A stretch of 64,000 nt of DNA, from positions 392,828 through 456,827 of the forward strand of contig NMRA01000337.1 in NCBI GenBank assembly GCA_002633005.1. The letters run 5' to 3'. Made by a program: the position numbers and the translations under genes. Positions 39,071 through 51,560 of this stretch are shown piece after piece (position 1 is the first letter of the stretch; each line of letters begins with the position of its first letter). The DNA is from Phoronis australis (lineage: Eukaryota; Animalia; Phoronida). Below the pieces are notes generated by a model. That model worked only from the letters and a program-made list of their open reading frames with translations. It ran no database searches and was not told the origin of the DNA.

Positions 39071-40104
39071 ATGATGACTCTGACTCTTGACAACCATTTT
39101 TAAAGTTTGGCTTTGAGGGTCTCAACAAATTAATTAAAATAAATTCAGTCTGCATGCACAAAATTACCCTACTCACAAACTGCTTGTCCCCCCAGTTGGA
39201 TTCAGCTTATCCATGTTTTTCCATGCAAACATAGAATGGGAATTGCAATCACCATGAACAGTTTAGATATAGACTGCTCAATGGCCAGATAGACTTACTC
39301 GACGCAGTTACACGTATTTGATAACCTCATGTAATCCAGCAATGATGATTTAAACAGCATGCCTGATGCTCATCGATATTCAATAATACTATTTCCAAAC
39401 GACGTTCAACAAATGTCATGAAGAAGATGTCTTTTTGTGACCTGTACTATCATCAAAAAACTTCCAACAGAGAAAAACGGTTGAGTTTCGGAGAAATAAA
39501 AATTAACTTTCACTTTTTGATCCCTTTGTGTGACTGTAAGCTCTGACCTGCCTACTAATCCAGCGTTGTGTATCAAAACAATAAGCTTGTTTGTCAAATT
39601 TAATCCAACTTGATACTAGAACAATCTATTCCATCGCATACTACATCAGATCGTGATGACGTAAATTTCTTCTTTTCAACAAGGTAATGGTATGTAACTG
39701 AGAAGTACTCCATGCCTAGTTTGACAAGCTTGGCAATGAAAAAAGGCAATACATATTGAGTCCCTCCCATTTGTGAAAATGAAATATGTCAAAAATTTCA
39801 AAACAAATATTTTTTAAGAAGACATTTTCTATTTTTAGGCACTATGACCTTAATGTATTTAGCACTTACCACATGATATCTTCAGGAATACAAACACAAC
39901 TTCTTATGATCAATTTTCATTCCCCAAAATTTTCAAGTGTTGCCATAGATTTCGATGATAAGCTTTTTTGCCAGGCAACTACCTAATACAGATTGCAAAC
40001 TTGAATGGCTTGACATTACATTAGTAGGCATGGACAGTTACATATTATGCAGAGTTGAGGGCCTGGTACTCGAGAGCACTGCATCCTTGTGGCCAGAATT
40101 GCAA

Positions 40105-40298
40105 CTAGACCTCCTCCATGGACTGCATTGGTGCACTCCTCTGTTTGTACACCACTTCTGGACCTCCTGAATAGATATCTGTGAAGAAGCGCCACTCTTG
40201 TTCAGAAACTTGACCGTAGTCAGAGCCTGACCGCAAGGAGTACCCCCCACCAGGACGCTGCACAGCGATGTTCTTGTTATCCACTGGGCCGGGTGGGT
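40105..40298 (-). CDS. USP20/USP33: USP20/33 terminal coding exon (second DUSP domain)
   Basis: PPGPVDNKNIAVQRPGGGYSLRSGSDYGQVSEQEWRFFTDIYSGGPEV...stop, matching the PPGPIDN/GxDYGQISE/YGGGPE motifs; ttttcacag acceptor. Confidence 0.93.
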
Positions 40299-41206
40299 CT
40301 GTGAAAAGACAACAACATGCATCTGGGTTATGCAACAATGGGTAAAAACAAATTTTGGAGTAAAAGCTTGACTCCCAAGTTGTGCAGTCAAGCTGCATTA
40401 CTTGAACTTGTTACCACCATTATGCTCCAAAAACAGTCCATCCACAAGAGTATGCACCAATAACAATCCATCCACAAGTACCAAGTCAACAGTACTGTAT
40501 AGTTTGATAGATTTAAAGCAAATCTGGGTTACATGCAACATTTCTGAAAGAAATTGGGGGAGGATTATTGTAAAGAATTTTGCACTGTCATTCCATCTAG
40601 AGCTTACTCATGGAACGAGTCTACTTCTAGACAACTGCCAAACAAAGTGTTTTAACACAAAAACGATAAACTGTGAACTTCAGTTTTTAAAAATTAACTA
40701 ACACTTCAGTGTTTGTTACAATCTATACAGGAATACACGACTAAATTCAAATGTTAAGAACACTTGATATCAAAAACGCCCACAAGTGGTGCACCGATAC
40801 TTACTACATTGTTGCAACAAGTTGGCATGGGATTCCGTAATACAATATTTGGGACAAAATACCTCACAAAACAAGTTGTTTCAAGCCGCAGACAAACTGT
40901 TTTCACTCGATGAACTCCTCCTTCGTGTCCAACTGGGGCTCTCTATGAGGGGGTGGCAGATACACATTCTCGGCACAGATACCCAACACAAATCAAATCA
41001 AAGTGATTGTGGTCATCCACAGCACTGAACACCAGTCAAACCCAAAAGGCCAATTGTCTATGATGACAGCCATACATATTGAGAGACACTTTGTGTAGCC
41101 CCATCAAGACACAAGTGTTCATACTAACATCCCAACACAAATTGTTCCTGTTCATTAAACATCTTCATGAAAACTACATAGACACACTCGGCAGACGGGC
41201 ATCTTT

Positions 41207-41552
41207 CCATACTCACTATCCCCCTTCCATACTCACTGTCCTCCCTTCCATACTCACTATCCCCCTTCCATACTCACTATCCTCCCTTCCATACTCACTG
41301 TCCTCCCTTCCATACTCACTGTCCTCCCTTCCATACTCGCTGTTACCCCTTCCATATTCTCTGTCCTCCCTTCCGTACTCACTGTCCCCCCTTCTGTACT
41401 CACTGCCCTCCCTTCCATACTCACTGCCCTCTCATCCATACTCACTGTCCTCCCTTCCATATTCTCTGTCCTACCTTCCGTAATCACTGTCCCCCCTTCC
41501 ACACTCACTGTCCTCCCTTCCATACTCACTGCCCTCCCTTCAATACTCACTG
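41207..41552 (-). repeat. 21-bp minisatellite (GGAAGGGAGGACA|GTGAGTAT) running into the gap
   Basis: About 16 copies; most contain GTGAGT. Confidence 0.93.
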
Positions 41553-42083
41553 NNNNNNNNNNNNNNNNNNNNNNNNNNNNNNNNNNNNNNNNNNNNNNNN
41601 NNNNNNNNNNNNNNNNNNNNNNNNNNNNNNNNNNNNNNNNNNNNNNNNNNNNNNNNNNNNNNNNNNNNNNNNNNNNNNNNNNNNNNNNNNNNNNNNNNNN
41701 NNNNNNNNNNNNNNNNNNNNNNNNNNNNNNNNNNNNNNNNNNNNNNNNNNNNNNNNNNNNNNNNNNNNNNNNNNNNNNNNNNNNNNNNNNNNNNNNNNNN
41801 NNNNNNNNNNNNNNNNNNNNNNNNNNNNNNNNNNNNNNNNNNNNNNNNNNNNNNNNNNNNNNNNNNNNNNNNNNNNNNNNNNNNNNNNNNNNNNNNNNNN
41901 NNNNNNNNNNNNNNNNNNNNNNNNNNNNNNNNNNNNNNNNNNNNNNNNNNNNNNNNNNNNNNNNNNNNNNNNNNNNNNNNNNNNNNNNNNNNNNNNNNNN
42001 NNNNNNNNNNNNNNNNNNNNNNNNNNNNNNNNNNNNNNNNNNNNNNNNNNNNNNNNNNNNNNNNNNNNNNNNNNNNNNNNNNN

Positions 42084-42810
42084 AATCGTGTGCCTGTGTG
42101 AGTTAAACATACCAGTGGGTAATCAATGACTTTAGAAATAATCGTGTGCCTGTGTGAGTTAAACATACCAGTGGGTAATCAATGACTTTAGAAATAATCG
42201 TGTGCCTGTGTGAGTTAAACATACCAGTGGGTAATCAATGACTTTAGAAATAATCGTGTGCCTGTGTGAGTTAAACATACCAGTGGGTAATCAATGACTT
42301 TAGAAATAATCGTGTGCCTGTGTGAGTTAAACATACCAGTGGGTAATCAATGACTTTAGAAATAATCGTGTGCCTGTGTGAGTTAAACATACCAGTGGGT
42401 AATCAATGACTTTAGAAATAATCGTGTGCCTGTGTGAGTTAAACATACCAGTGGGTAATCAATGACTTTAGAAATAATCGTGTGCCTGTGTGAGTTAAAC
42501 ATACCAGTGGGTAATCAATGACTTTAGAAATAATCGTGTGCCTGTGTGAGTTAAACATACCAGTGGGTAATCAATGACTTTAGAAATAATCGTGTGCCTG
42601 TGTGAGTTAAACATACCAGTGGGTAATCAATGACTTTAGAAATAATCGTGTGCCTGTGTGAGTTAAACATAGCAGTGGGTAATCAATGACTTTAGAAAGA
42701 ATTGTTTGCCTCAGTGAGTTAAACAAAGGAGTGAGTAATCAGCAACTTAAGAAATAATCATATGTCTGAGTGAGTTAAACATATATGTACCAGTGGGTAA
42801 TCTGAGACTT
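42084..42810 (+). repeat. 56-bp minisatellite, about 10 identical plus 2-3 degenerate copies, running into the gap
   Basis: AATCGTGTGCCTGTGTGAGTTAAACATACCAGTGGGTAATCAATGACTTTAGAAAT. Confidence 0.96.
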
Positions 42811-43020
42811 TAGGAACAATATGAAAACAAAAGCTAAAGGACGGCACAATTGTGTAAACACACTGGCATGTAACTTGTAACTTTACACCGAGTGCACAGT
42901 AACTTCGTGATTAAGTATAAGTTTTATGAGAAAATGCACAACGACTTGCGAGATACAACATTCCACATAATCCTACATAAATGGAGATAGTCAACAGTAA
43001 TGTTGGAAGACTGCCAGGCT

Positions 43021-43628
43021 GACAACACTGGAATGAACCGTGAGTTGTCTAATGACAGTGCAGGAATACTGCCTGCCCGATAACACTGGAATGGACCATG
43101 AGTTGTCTAATGACAGTGCAGGAATACTGCCTACCCGATAACACTGAATGGACCGTGAGTTGTCTAATGACAGTGCAGGAATACTGCCTGCCCGATAACA
43201 CTGAATGGACCATGAGCTGTCTAATGACAGTGCAGGAATACTGCCTGCCCGATAACACTGGAATGTACCGTGAGTTGTCTAATGACAGTGCAGGAATAAT
43301 GCCTGCGCGATAACACTGAATGGACCATGAGTTGTCTAATGACAGTGCAGGAATACTGCCTGCCCGATAACACTGAATGGACCATGAGTTGTCTAATGAC
43401 AGTGCAGGAATACTGCCTGCCTGATAACACTGAATGGGCCATGAGTTGTCTAATGACAGTGCAGGAATACTGCCTACCCGATAACACTGAATGGACCATG
43501 AGTTGTCTAATGACAGTGCAGGAATACTGCCTACCCGATAGCACTGAATGGACCACGAGTTGTCTAATGACAGTGCAGGAATACTGCCTACCCGATAGCA
43601 CTGAATGGACCATGAGTTGTCTAATGAC
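43021..43628 (+). repeat. 57-bp minisatellite, about 10.5 copies
   Basis: GATAACACTGAATGGACCATGAGTTGTCTAATGACAGTGCAGGAATACTGCCTGCCC. Confidence 0.95.
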
Positions 43629-43637
43629 AATGTGTAC

Positions 43638-43746
43638 CTCTTGGAACCTGTGTTTCTCCTCACTTCTTCTCTTCTGAAGAGCTTCTATTTCCATCTGACA
43701 TATGCTGCATGGGCCAAGATGGTTCACCACTGGACCACCCCCATAA
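43638..43746 (-). CDS. USP20/USP33: USP20/33 exon (end of DUSP1)
   Basis: YGGGPVVNHLGPCSICQMEIEALQKRRSEEKHRFQE; ctatag / GAG|gtacac; phase 2/0. Confidence 0.93.
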
Positions 43747-43848
43747 CTATAGCAAGAAAATAGACGCAAAGCATAATCAGTGGCATGGTAAATCACATAA
43801 TTTCGCAAAAACACGATATTTCGTCCTTCATTAATTCTCACCAATCAT

Positions 43849-45355
43849 AGACCTAATTCACGCCAACAGGAGGCGCGTTCCAAAACGAGGCTCGCTACGA
43901 TAGCTTTGTTGGCTTAACAGCATAGTTGTATTGCACGTTGCTTGAACGGATTGAAAAAATACGGATACTTGACTGTATGTTTTACACTCCCTAAGGACAT
44001 TGAGATTCGGAAACATTGGGTCGTTGCTATACATCGCGAAAAAGGAAAATATGTCCATGTTAAATTTATAATTGTTTCCGAAAAGTTAGATCATATTTTG
44101 TCACATCTCGGTTGCCGAGCATCACAGAAACGATCGGACGATCGGCCAGCAAAGCTGTGTTTTCATGACTATGGGTTGAAATGCATTCTTCTTTCCAAAA
44201 ATGACAGGGCCCTCAATCCCTCGATTGTGGGGCCAAATATTGGCCCTATTTCCCTCGCAAAAATATTGAAAAATAATGCAATATTCTCCCCACGAGGCCT
44301 AAAAATTCCCCTAGTGATTGAAACTTTCTCTCTGAAGCTCAAATAACCTAAAACCACACAGGTGACAATTTGAAAGAGCACAAACTGCTACTTCAGACAG
44401 AGCCTATGAGAGCTTGCAACAGGGCGAGGGTGCTATTGATGGTGATCGGGAGGTAGATTTTTCCCTTCACTCGGCGAAAAATTGTCCTCTCAGAAGGCAT
44501 AAGCACCTTTCGCCTCGGATGAACGAGGGCCTTGAAGAAACATGATAACTATGCTTGCTCTGTCCAGTTAACTGAAATTGAGCACTAAAGCGAGGTTATG
44601 CTTTGGACGAATGAATTAGGTGGTTTAACTTTAAAATTCAACTTGGTCCAGATTGATATTTGAAACCTAATGCATGAAATAGACATGAGAATTATTAAAA
44701 CCAAGAAAGAAGAATTGATGGACAAATAATTTTTATTTTCAATTACGAGTCTGGTTTTTTATTTTAATAAAAAATATGTTTAATAACATTAATTATTCTG
44801 ACTTTCAAATCAATGACAAATCAACTGTTAGTCCCGGTAGTCCCTACCATACCAGGACCTAGGCTATGCTTTATGTTAATTCTTGATCAATAAATTAAAC
44901 CAGATGTGATTAATTGCACATGACAGCAAAATGCAAAGAGCTACCACTGTCGAATATATCTTCAACTCGTCAACAATGCGAGTAGATGACCTGGTTCGTG
45001 TAGAAAGAATTTTTTTTCAACGATTTACAAGATGAAACGTAACCCTGCATTCAGCGTAATATCTAATCCGTAACGCTACAATCGCCGCAATTTGGTCATA
45101 TTTACTTTTCATGTTTCAAAACTAGTTTTCCAAAAAAAACTTATACCCTTTCATCAGACCACTCTTTGGTTCATTGACTTGTTCTCTAATGTATTTTTCT
45201 ACGTCTCTGTGGTTAATTATAGACACATTTTTAAGATTTAATATCCAGGTTGGACTCGAAAGACCAGCCATTTAACTCACCCAATGTCAACTTCGGCTTT
45301 GTGATCGCAGTGAGCCTCGCTTTGGATTTTAATGTTTGCCGCATGAATTAGGTCT
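43849..45355 (+). mobile_element. ISL2EU-like (PIF/Harbinger-related) non-autonomous element with THAP remnant
   Basis: AT|AGACCTAATTCA … TGAATTAGGTCT|AT; SCIARCLN…FTLPKDIEIRKHWVVAIHREKG at ~43921-44060 fits THAP; nested CAGGGCCCTC…GAGGGCCTTG MITE at 44205-44534. Confidence 0.72.
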
Positions 45356-45617
45356 ATAGAGACTTGCCACCGACTGTTTTGTTTATAAGTCATCCACACT
45401 GTTCTTAATAGAAGACAGCAGAGTGGCTTCACAACATACAAACATCTATCTTAGTGTGTCAAAAATTATAAAGCACAAATGAACAAAAAATTATACCAGT
45501 GCTGGTAGTCAAGAATAATTCTACTTAATCTAATGTTTGAAGTGGAAAGCATGCTCTGACTGTAAAACACAAAAAATTGATTTACATGTAGACCTCAAAA
45601 TATCCGTAAACTCTTAC

Positions 45618-45699
45618 CGTTGACAGAGGAACTCCCACACAGGCTGTGGGCAGCTCTGTACCAGCTCACTAGCATGAGTCACCATGCTGGGTGGGACAC
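45618..45699 (-). CDS. USP20/USP33: USP20/33 exon (DUSP1)
   Basis: Manual translation (G)VPPSMVTHASELVQSCPQPVWEFLCQ(R); ttttag / CG|gtaaga; phase 1/2. Confidence 0.9.
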
Positions 45700-46384
45700 C
45701 TAAAACAGTAAGGTGAACAGTGAGTGACACGGTCAAAGGTCATGTTCATCTGGAACTATGCTTTTGTTAATTACAGAAAAGTATGGATGATACTTGTACA
45801 GAAACATGGGGGGTGGNNNNNNNNNNNNNNNNNNNNNNNNNNNNNNNNNNNNNNNNNNNNNNNNNNNNNNNNNNNNNNNNNNNNNNNNNNNNNNNNNNNN
45901 NNNNNNNNNNNNNNNNNNNNNNNNNNNNNNNNNNNNNNNNNNNNNNNNNNNNNNNNNNNNNNNNNNNNNNNNNNNNNNNNNNNNNNNNNNNNNNNNNNNN
46001 NNNNNNNNNNNNNNNNNNNNNNNNNNNNNNNNNNNNNNNNNNNNNNNNNNNNNNNNNNNNNNNNNNNNNNNNNNNNNNNNNNNNNNNNNNNNNNNNNNNN
46101 NNNNNNNNNNNNNNNNNNNNNNNNNNNNNNNNNNNNNNNNNNNNNNNNNNNNNNNNNNNNNNNNNNNNNNNNNNNNNNNNNNNNNNNNNNNNNNNNNNNN
46201 NNNNNNNNNNNNNNNNNNNNNNNNNNNNNNNNNNNNNNNNNNNNNNNNNNNNNNNNNNNNNNNNNNNNNNNNNNNNNNNNNNNNNNNNNNNNNNNNNNNN
46301 NNNNNNNNNNNNNNNNNNNNNNNNNNNNNNNNNNNNNNNNNNNNNNNNNNNNNNNNNNNNNNNNNNNNNNNNNNNNNNNNNNNN

Positions 46385-46474
46385 CTGACACGTCTCATTT
46401 CAATTAGTGATATCTTGTAACTGACACGTCTCATTTCAATTAGTGATATCTTGTAACTGACATGTCTCATTTCA
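46385..46474 (+). repeat. 36-bp minisatellite running into the gap
   Basis: CTGACACGTCTCATTTCAATTAGTGATATCTTGTAA x2.5 visible. Confidence 0.9.
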
Positions 46475-46542
46475 AGTTCCTATATGGTGAGAACATGGGA
46501 GAGGAAAAAAGGAGAGTGCATGATTGTATCTGTTCAACACAC

Positions 46543-46648
46543 CGCCATGTTTGCAGAGAAAGTCCTGATTAGAGATTGGTCCAGGCTCAGCAAATGTGAA
46601 AAATTTATTCATCCATTGTCTGGAGACGTAGAACTTCATCAGACTTTG
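46543..46648 (-). CDS. USP20/USP33: USP20/33 exon (DUSP1)
   Basis: [35 protein letters not shown]; tttcag / G|gtgtgt; phase 0/1. Confidence 0.95.
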
Positions 46649-46909
46649 CTGAAATAGACAAAATGACAACTTTCTCACGTTACTATGGACGAAAATCACA
46701 CCATATTTAGCAAATGAGAACAAAAATCACAAAGCTAACAAGAATGTTGAGTGAGGCCTTATTCACAAGTCTGTGTAATATCTATAAAAACATAGACTCA
46801 GTAAAAAGCAGCAACATTCAATTTTTGACAATTGTCAATCTGCCATTAATTGAGTCACGACACAATGCGTTTTATTTTTAAGTAAAATTTACCAAAAAGA
46901 AAGGTTCAT

Positions 46910-47522
46910 CAAAACAATGATATCAATGACATAACCAAAACAATGATATCAAAGACTTAACCAAAACAATGATATCAATGACACAACCAAAACAATGATA
47001 TCAATGACAAAACCAAAACAATGATATCAATGACACAACCAAAACAATGACATCAATGACACAACCAAAAGAATGACATCAATGACATAACCAAAACAAT
47101 GATATCAATGACACAACCACAACATTGATATCAATGACAAAACCAAAACAATGATATCAATGACAAAGCCAAAACAATGATATCAATGACATAGCCACAA
47201 CAATGATATCAATGACAAAACCAAAACAATGATATCAATGACATAACCACAACTGTTACAATGATATCAATGACGTAACCAAAACAATGATATCAATGAC
47301 ATAACCACAACAATGATATCAATGACGTAACCAAAACAATGATATCAATGACAAAACCAAAACAATAATATCAATGACATAACCAAAACAATGATATCAA
47401 TGACATAACCAAAACAATGATATCAATGACATAACCAAATCAATGATATCAATGACATAAACAACACAATGATATCGATGACATAACCACAACAATGATA
47501 TCAATGAAATAACCAAAACATT
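46910..47522 (+). repeat. 26-bp minisatellite (AAAACAATGATATCAATGACATAACC), about 23 copies
   Basis: Read directly. Confidence 0.96.
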
Positions 47523-47629
47523 AACGTTCAAGAACTAATAAAAAGCTGTTACAGTTAACCAACTTAGGATTTCAGTTTGATCTTATGCACTTGTATCATA
47601 AATATCATAAAGGTAGCTCTTCCCCTTAT

Positions 47630-50320
47630 AACAACAACAACGCGGAGCGTTGAAATGCGCCCACGAAAGCATCGCAAATGATGTGCTTTTAGGGTTATTT
47701 ATTTGTATCATAAAAATGGCAACTAGATGGAGCAAAAACATACAACCCATCTAAAAATGGGAACATGCCATATTTCATAAAAATCTGTCACGGAACTTCA
47801 GAGAAACAAAGGAAAACGGAATAAAATGAAAATGCCATTTGTGGGCACAGCGTCCGTTGGATTCGCCTGAAAGTCGTCTGTTGTTATCTTTATATAAATA
47901 CACTTACTAAATTTAGTAAAGATCGTGCAGTGGGTTTAGGAGATACAGTTATGAGCGCAAAACAAAACAAAACTACCACAAGGAGGCACCACAGTAGTCA
48001 GTCGCCACCATCAAATGTTCTCTTCACACTGAAAACATATACGCCAATTTTCAAAACCATCCCTAGAATGATTTAGTTGATTGAGGGGTGGACACAAAAA
48101 ACAGACTAAAAACAGTAAAAATGGCCACTAGGTGGCGCAAAGTAGATAGAATTCATCTAAAAACGGAGAGATAGCATCACTTCATTGACAGATGCCTGTA
48201 TACCAATTTTATAAAAATACGTTGAGGACCTTTGAACATACAGAGGTAAACAAAAATAAAAATAAAATTGCCACTAGGTGGCACACCAGTACTCCGATCT
48301 GTCCAAAAGCCTTTGTCCTCCGTTGTTTACATCATATTAGTACACTTATTAAATTTAGTAAAGATCCTGCGAATGGTTTAGGAGATACAGCCATAGGCGC
48401 AAAAAAACTGTCACTAGGAGGTGCCACAGCAGTTGAAATCGTCGGAAAATCATCATCAGCCGTCCACTTCATAGTAAGAAAATATATGCCAATTTTCACA
48501 ATCATCCTTTGAGCAGTTTGGTTGATAGAGAGATGGACGCAAAAAAACAGTAAAAATGGCCACTAGGTGGTGCAAACTAGGTCGAATCCATCCGAAAACA
48601 GGAGGATAGCGTCAAGTCACTTATAGGTGCCTATATACTAAATTTTATGACAATCCGTTCAAGACTTTTGAGGTAAAGGTTAAAGTAAAATTGCCACTAG
48701 GGGGCACATCGGTAGTCGGATCCATCCAAAAGTTCGCTCATGCCGTCCCATCCACGAAGGAACACATGAAAAATTTCATGAATACGTCAAGGCGTTTTGG
48801 AGATAGAGCAGTGGATGCCAGACGGACGGTCGGTCGGACGGAGATGACACAATACCGTATTCGCCGTAATAACCGCCCAAGGCGCTTAGAAAAGTTCGGT
48901 TTAAGGGGGGCGCTTATTATAACCCAAGGCGGTTGAAACCCGGTCTCCGAAACGGGTGAAATCGGAAGCTAAGATTCATCAAATTTACGTTCTTTGACGT
49001 ATCTGTAATCTATGAAAGACTTCCAACAAAACTGTGGTGCATTGCTATCAAACTTAGCTGCTAAATTACGATCATTTTACAGAAAATCGTGCTCAGGGGA
49101 ATCCCAGGGCGAAAACTCGCCGACTGACTGCCTCAAAATCGCCGTCTTCGATATGGCGACTTCAATGCTTGAATAAAAATAGTTTCGACTCAAGCAAATT
49201 ACCTGAAATCCTCATTAAGTTTTCTAAGTAGCGTCCCTATGACTTTTTTAAGTTCCCGTGGAGTCTAGATTTACGGCAGTTTTAAGTACAAATCTGCGCA
49301 ACATCGTGCCATCTACATGTATGATCGGCAACACGGCGAGAAAAATGTCTGGACGAACACACATGTTGTTGTCACGTGACGTTTGTTTTGAAGTTCGTCT
49401 GCGAGTAAGCGAGCGCGTGCGTGTAACCAGAGTTCATTTGACAAAGCAGAGACCGTCTTTTGGCCAGAGCCACGCAATCTAACGAGCTAGATGTGCATTG
49501 TGTCTAAAGAAATTTGCACAAGCAGTAGGCCTAAACGAGAGCGTGTTTCATTCAGCACTTGTCGGTCTCGTGCTAAAAACTTTCGACATTTGTTTCGGTA
49601 AGGCCCGGATATAAGTCGCCGTGTAGCTGGATGCGTACGTAAATGTTCTGACAGTTATTTTTCGGTGTAAGGGTGTGTAAGCATTCGCTGTAAGTTGTCA
49701 TTTTATCGGATATTCGGCTTAAAAACACCAATTATGGTTAATCAAACAATCCATCTAAAAAATAACGCAAACATGTTTTAAAGAATTAGAAATTGTCAGA
49801 AATTAGGGCCAATATTCATTTCTTACCGATGCTATGCTACCCGTTTCGTGAATGGATAGTTCCCGACTAATGTCTTTGATGACAGCTAGGTTCATATATG
49901 TACCGCCCGCTTTCTGGCCACGTGCGTTCAACACCGAGTTATTTTTATTCATGAGACAGTCGATGTGTACTATGAGGTCAGACCATAGTGGGACACGGTC
50001 GTCGCGAAAGTAGCAACGCTGTTGCGTTCTTTTTAAAGCGCTATGTTACTTTGAAGTGTATTGTCACGGCTAAATACAAGCGTAGCAGTGCCGCTGGTGG
50101 TCTAAAAGACCCGTGCAAAACTTTTTTGATAAATTGAAGACGTTACTGTAGCCAAGTTTTAGAACTGAAGGAACGTCATTGTTCGCATGTACACGTTCAT
50201 GGACTGGGCACTTATCCCAGCAAAGTCTGAAAACGCGTGGGGGGGCGCTTATAGGGGCATGGGCGGTTATTACGGCGAATACGGTAATGCGTCCACATAT
50301 AAATATGTGGGCACATAAAA
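47630..50320 (+). mobile_element. HINE copy C in a USP20/33 intron, with a nested TA element
   Basis: ATGCGCCCACGAA 5' motif, CCACTAG array, GGACGGAC microsatellite, CCACATATAAATATGTGGGC hairpin end. Confidence 0.75.
48855..50284. mobile_element. Non-autonomous Tc1/mariner(pogo)-type element, TA TSD
   Basis: TA|CCGTATTCGCCGTAATAACCGCCCA … TGGGCGGTTATTACGGCGAATACGG|TA, perfect 25-bp TIR; empty site visible in HINE B at ~39035. Confidence 0.88.
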
Positions 50321-50554
50321 AGTGGAATATTTTGAAAACAATATTCCTAATGTTTTGATGAAGAGTAGATAAACCATGGTATCTAAAAACACTTCATGAT
50401 AAGCGGTTGTTCAAGGTAAATATAAAATTAATGTAGGTCTTAAAAGACACAGAAATCGAAATCAAACTTGAAAATGGAGCTGTGAAAAATTGTTCATCAA
50501 AACATGTACTGCGTTAATAATGAACACTAAGTCAGACGTCCACCGTGTACTTAC

Positions 50555-50621
50555 CTCAGAGGACTCCATCAACTGAATAGCGATCTTTCGATGTCTGACA
50601 ACTTCTTCTTCATTCCTTTTT
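50555..50621 (-). CDS. USP20/USP33: USP20/33 exon
   Basis: (R)KRNEEEVVRHRKIAIQLMESSE; ctacag / GAG|gtaagt; phase 2/0 links the flanking exons. Confidence 0.88.
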
Positions 50622-51235
50622 CTGTAGGAGACAATACCAATACGGTCATCCCATACAGCATGCATTTTGAGAAATTTCAATCAACTATTCGTTATCACTA
50701 ATGATTACTGACAGATTATCTTCATACTGAGATAATCCACTGCCAAAGAACAACAACTATATGTAATTAATATGTCTACTCACTGACTATCTTCATACTG
50801 ACATAATCCAAGGAACAACACTCACAAGATGCCATCATTTACAGAAATAATAGTTTTATTCAGCCAAGATCTAAAACACATGGATCTAAAACTTTAAAAT
50901 TCAATCATAGTTCCTTGGAATTCACTTAATACTGGCCACCTGAGAGTGTAATCTCTAAATTTTACTTTTAAATGACAAATCAAACAATATCTGTTAAGCC
51001 TTATTGAGAGAAGTGATAACTGATTATATTTATCAATTTTATTTAATTTTTTGTCATGTCCATTCTTCAGTCTTTTTCTGACAGCTCTTTTCACCTATAC
51101 TTAGTTTCTTTCTCATGTTTCATTCCTCCTAATATTTATTTCCTTTATCTTTTTAGTTTGTGTATGGACCACCACAGAAGTAAGTTTTTAACTTCTTGGA
51201 GTTATCCACATAGTGCACATAATTATTATAATTAT

Positions 51236-51560
51236 TTAATACCTTGTTTTTATTACTATATTAAATAACTTGTACCTTGTACCTATTACTATATTAAATA
51301 ACTTGTACCTTGTACCTATTACTATATTAAATAACTTGTACCTTGTACCTATTACTATATTAAATAACTTGTACCTTGTACCTATTACTATACTAAATAA
51401 CTTGTACCTTGTACCTATTACTATATTAAATAACTTGTACCTTGTACCTATTACTATATTAAATAACTTGTACCTTGTACCTATTACTATATTAAATACC
51501 TTGTACCTTGTTCCTATTACTATATCTACCATATTTAATACCTTGTTCCTATTACTATGT
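51236..51560 (+). repeat. 33-bp minisatellite (TATTACTATATTAAATAACTTGTACCTTGTACC), about 9 copies
   Basis: Read directly; explains the repetitive ORFs. Confidence 0.95.

Noticed and set aside
39295-39350. IIIAG-like peptide near a gtaagt donor on the minus strand
   Set aside because: No WNRLD upstream and an in-frame stop before the donor
42084-43628. Regular arrays as possible CRISPR
   Set aside because: Head-to-tail units with no unique spacers, no cas genes, spliceosomal gene context
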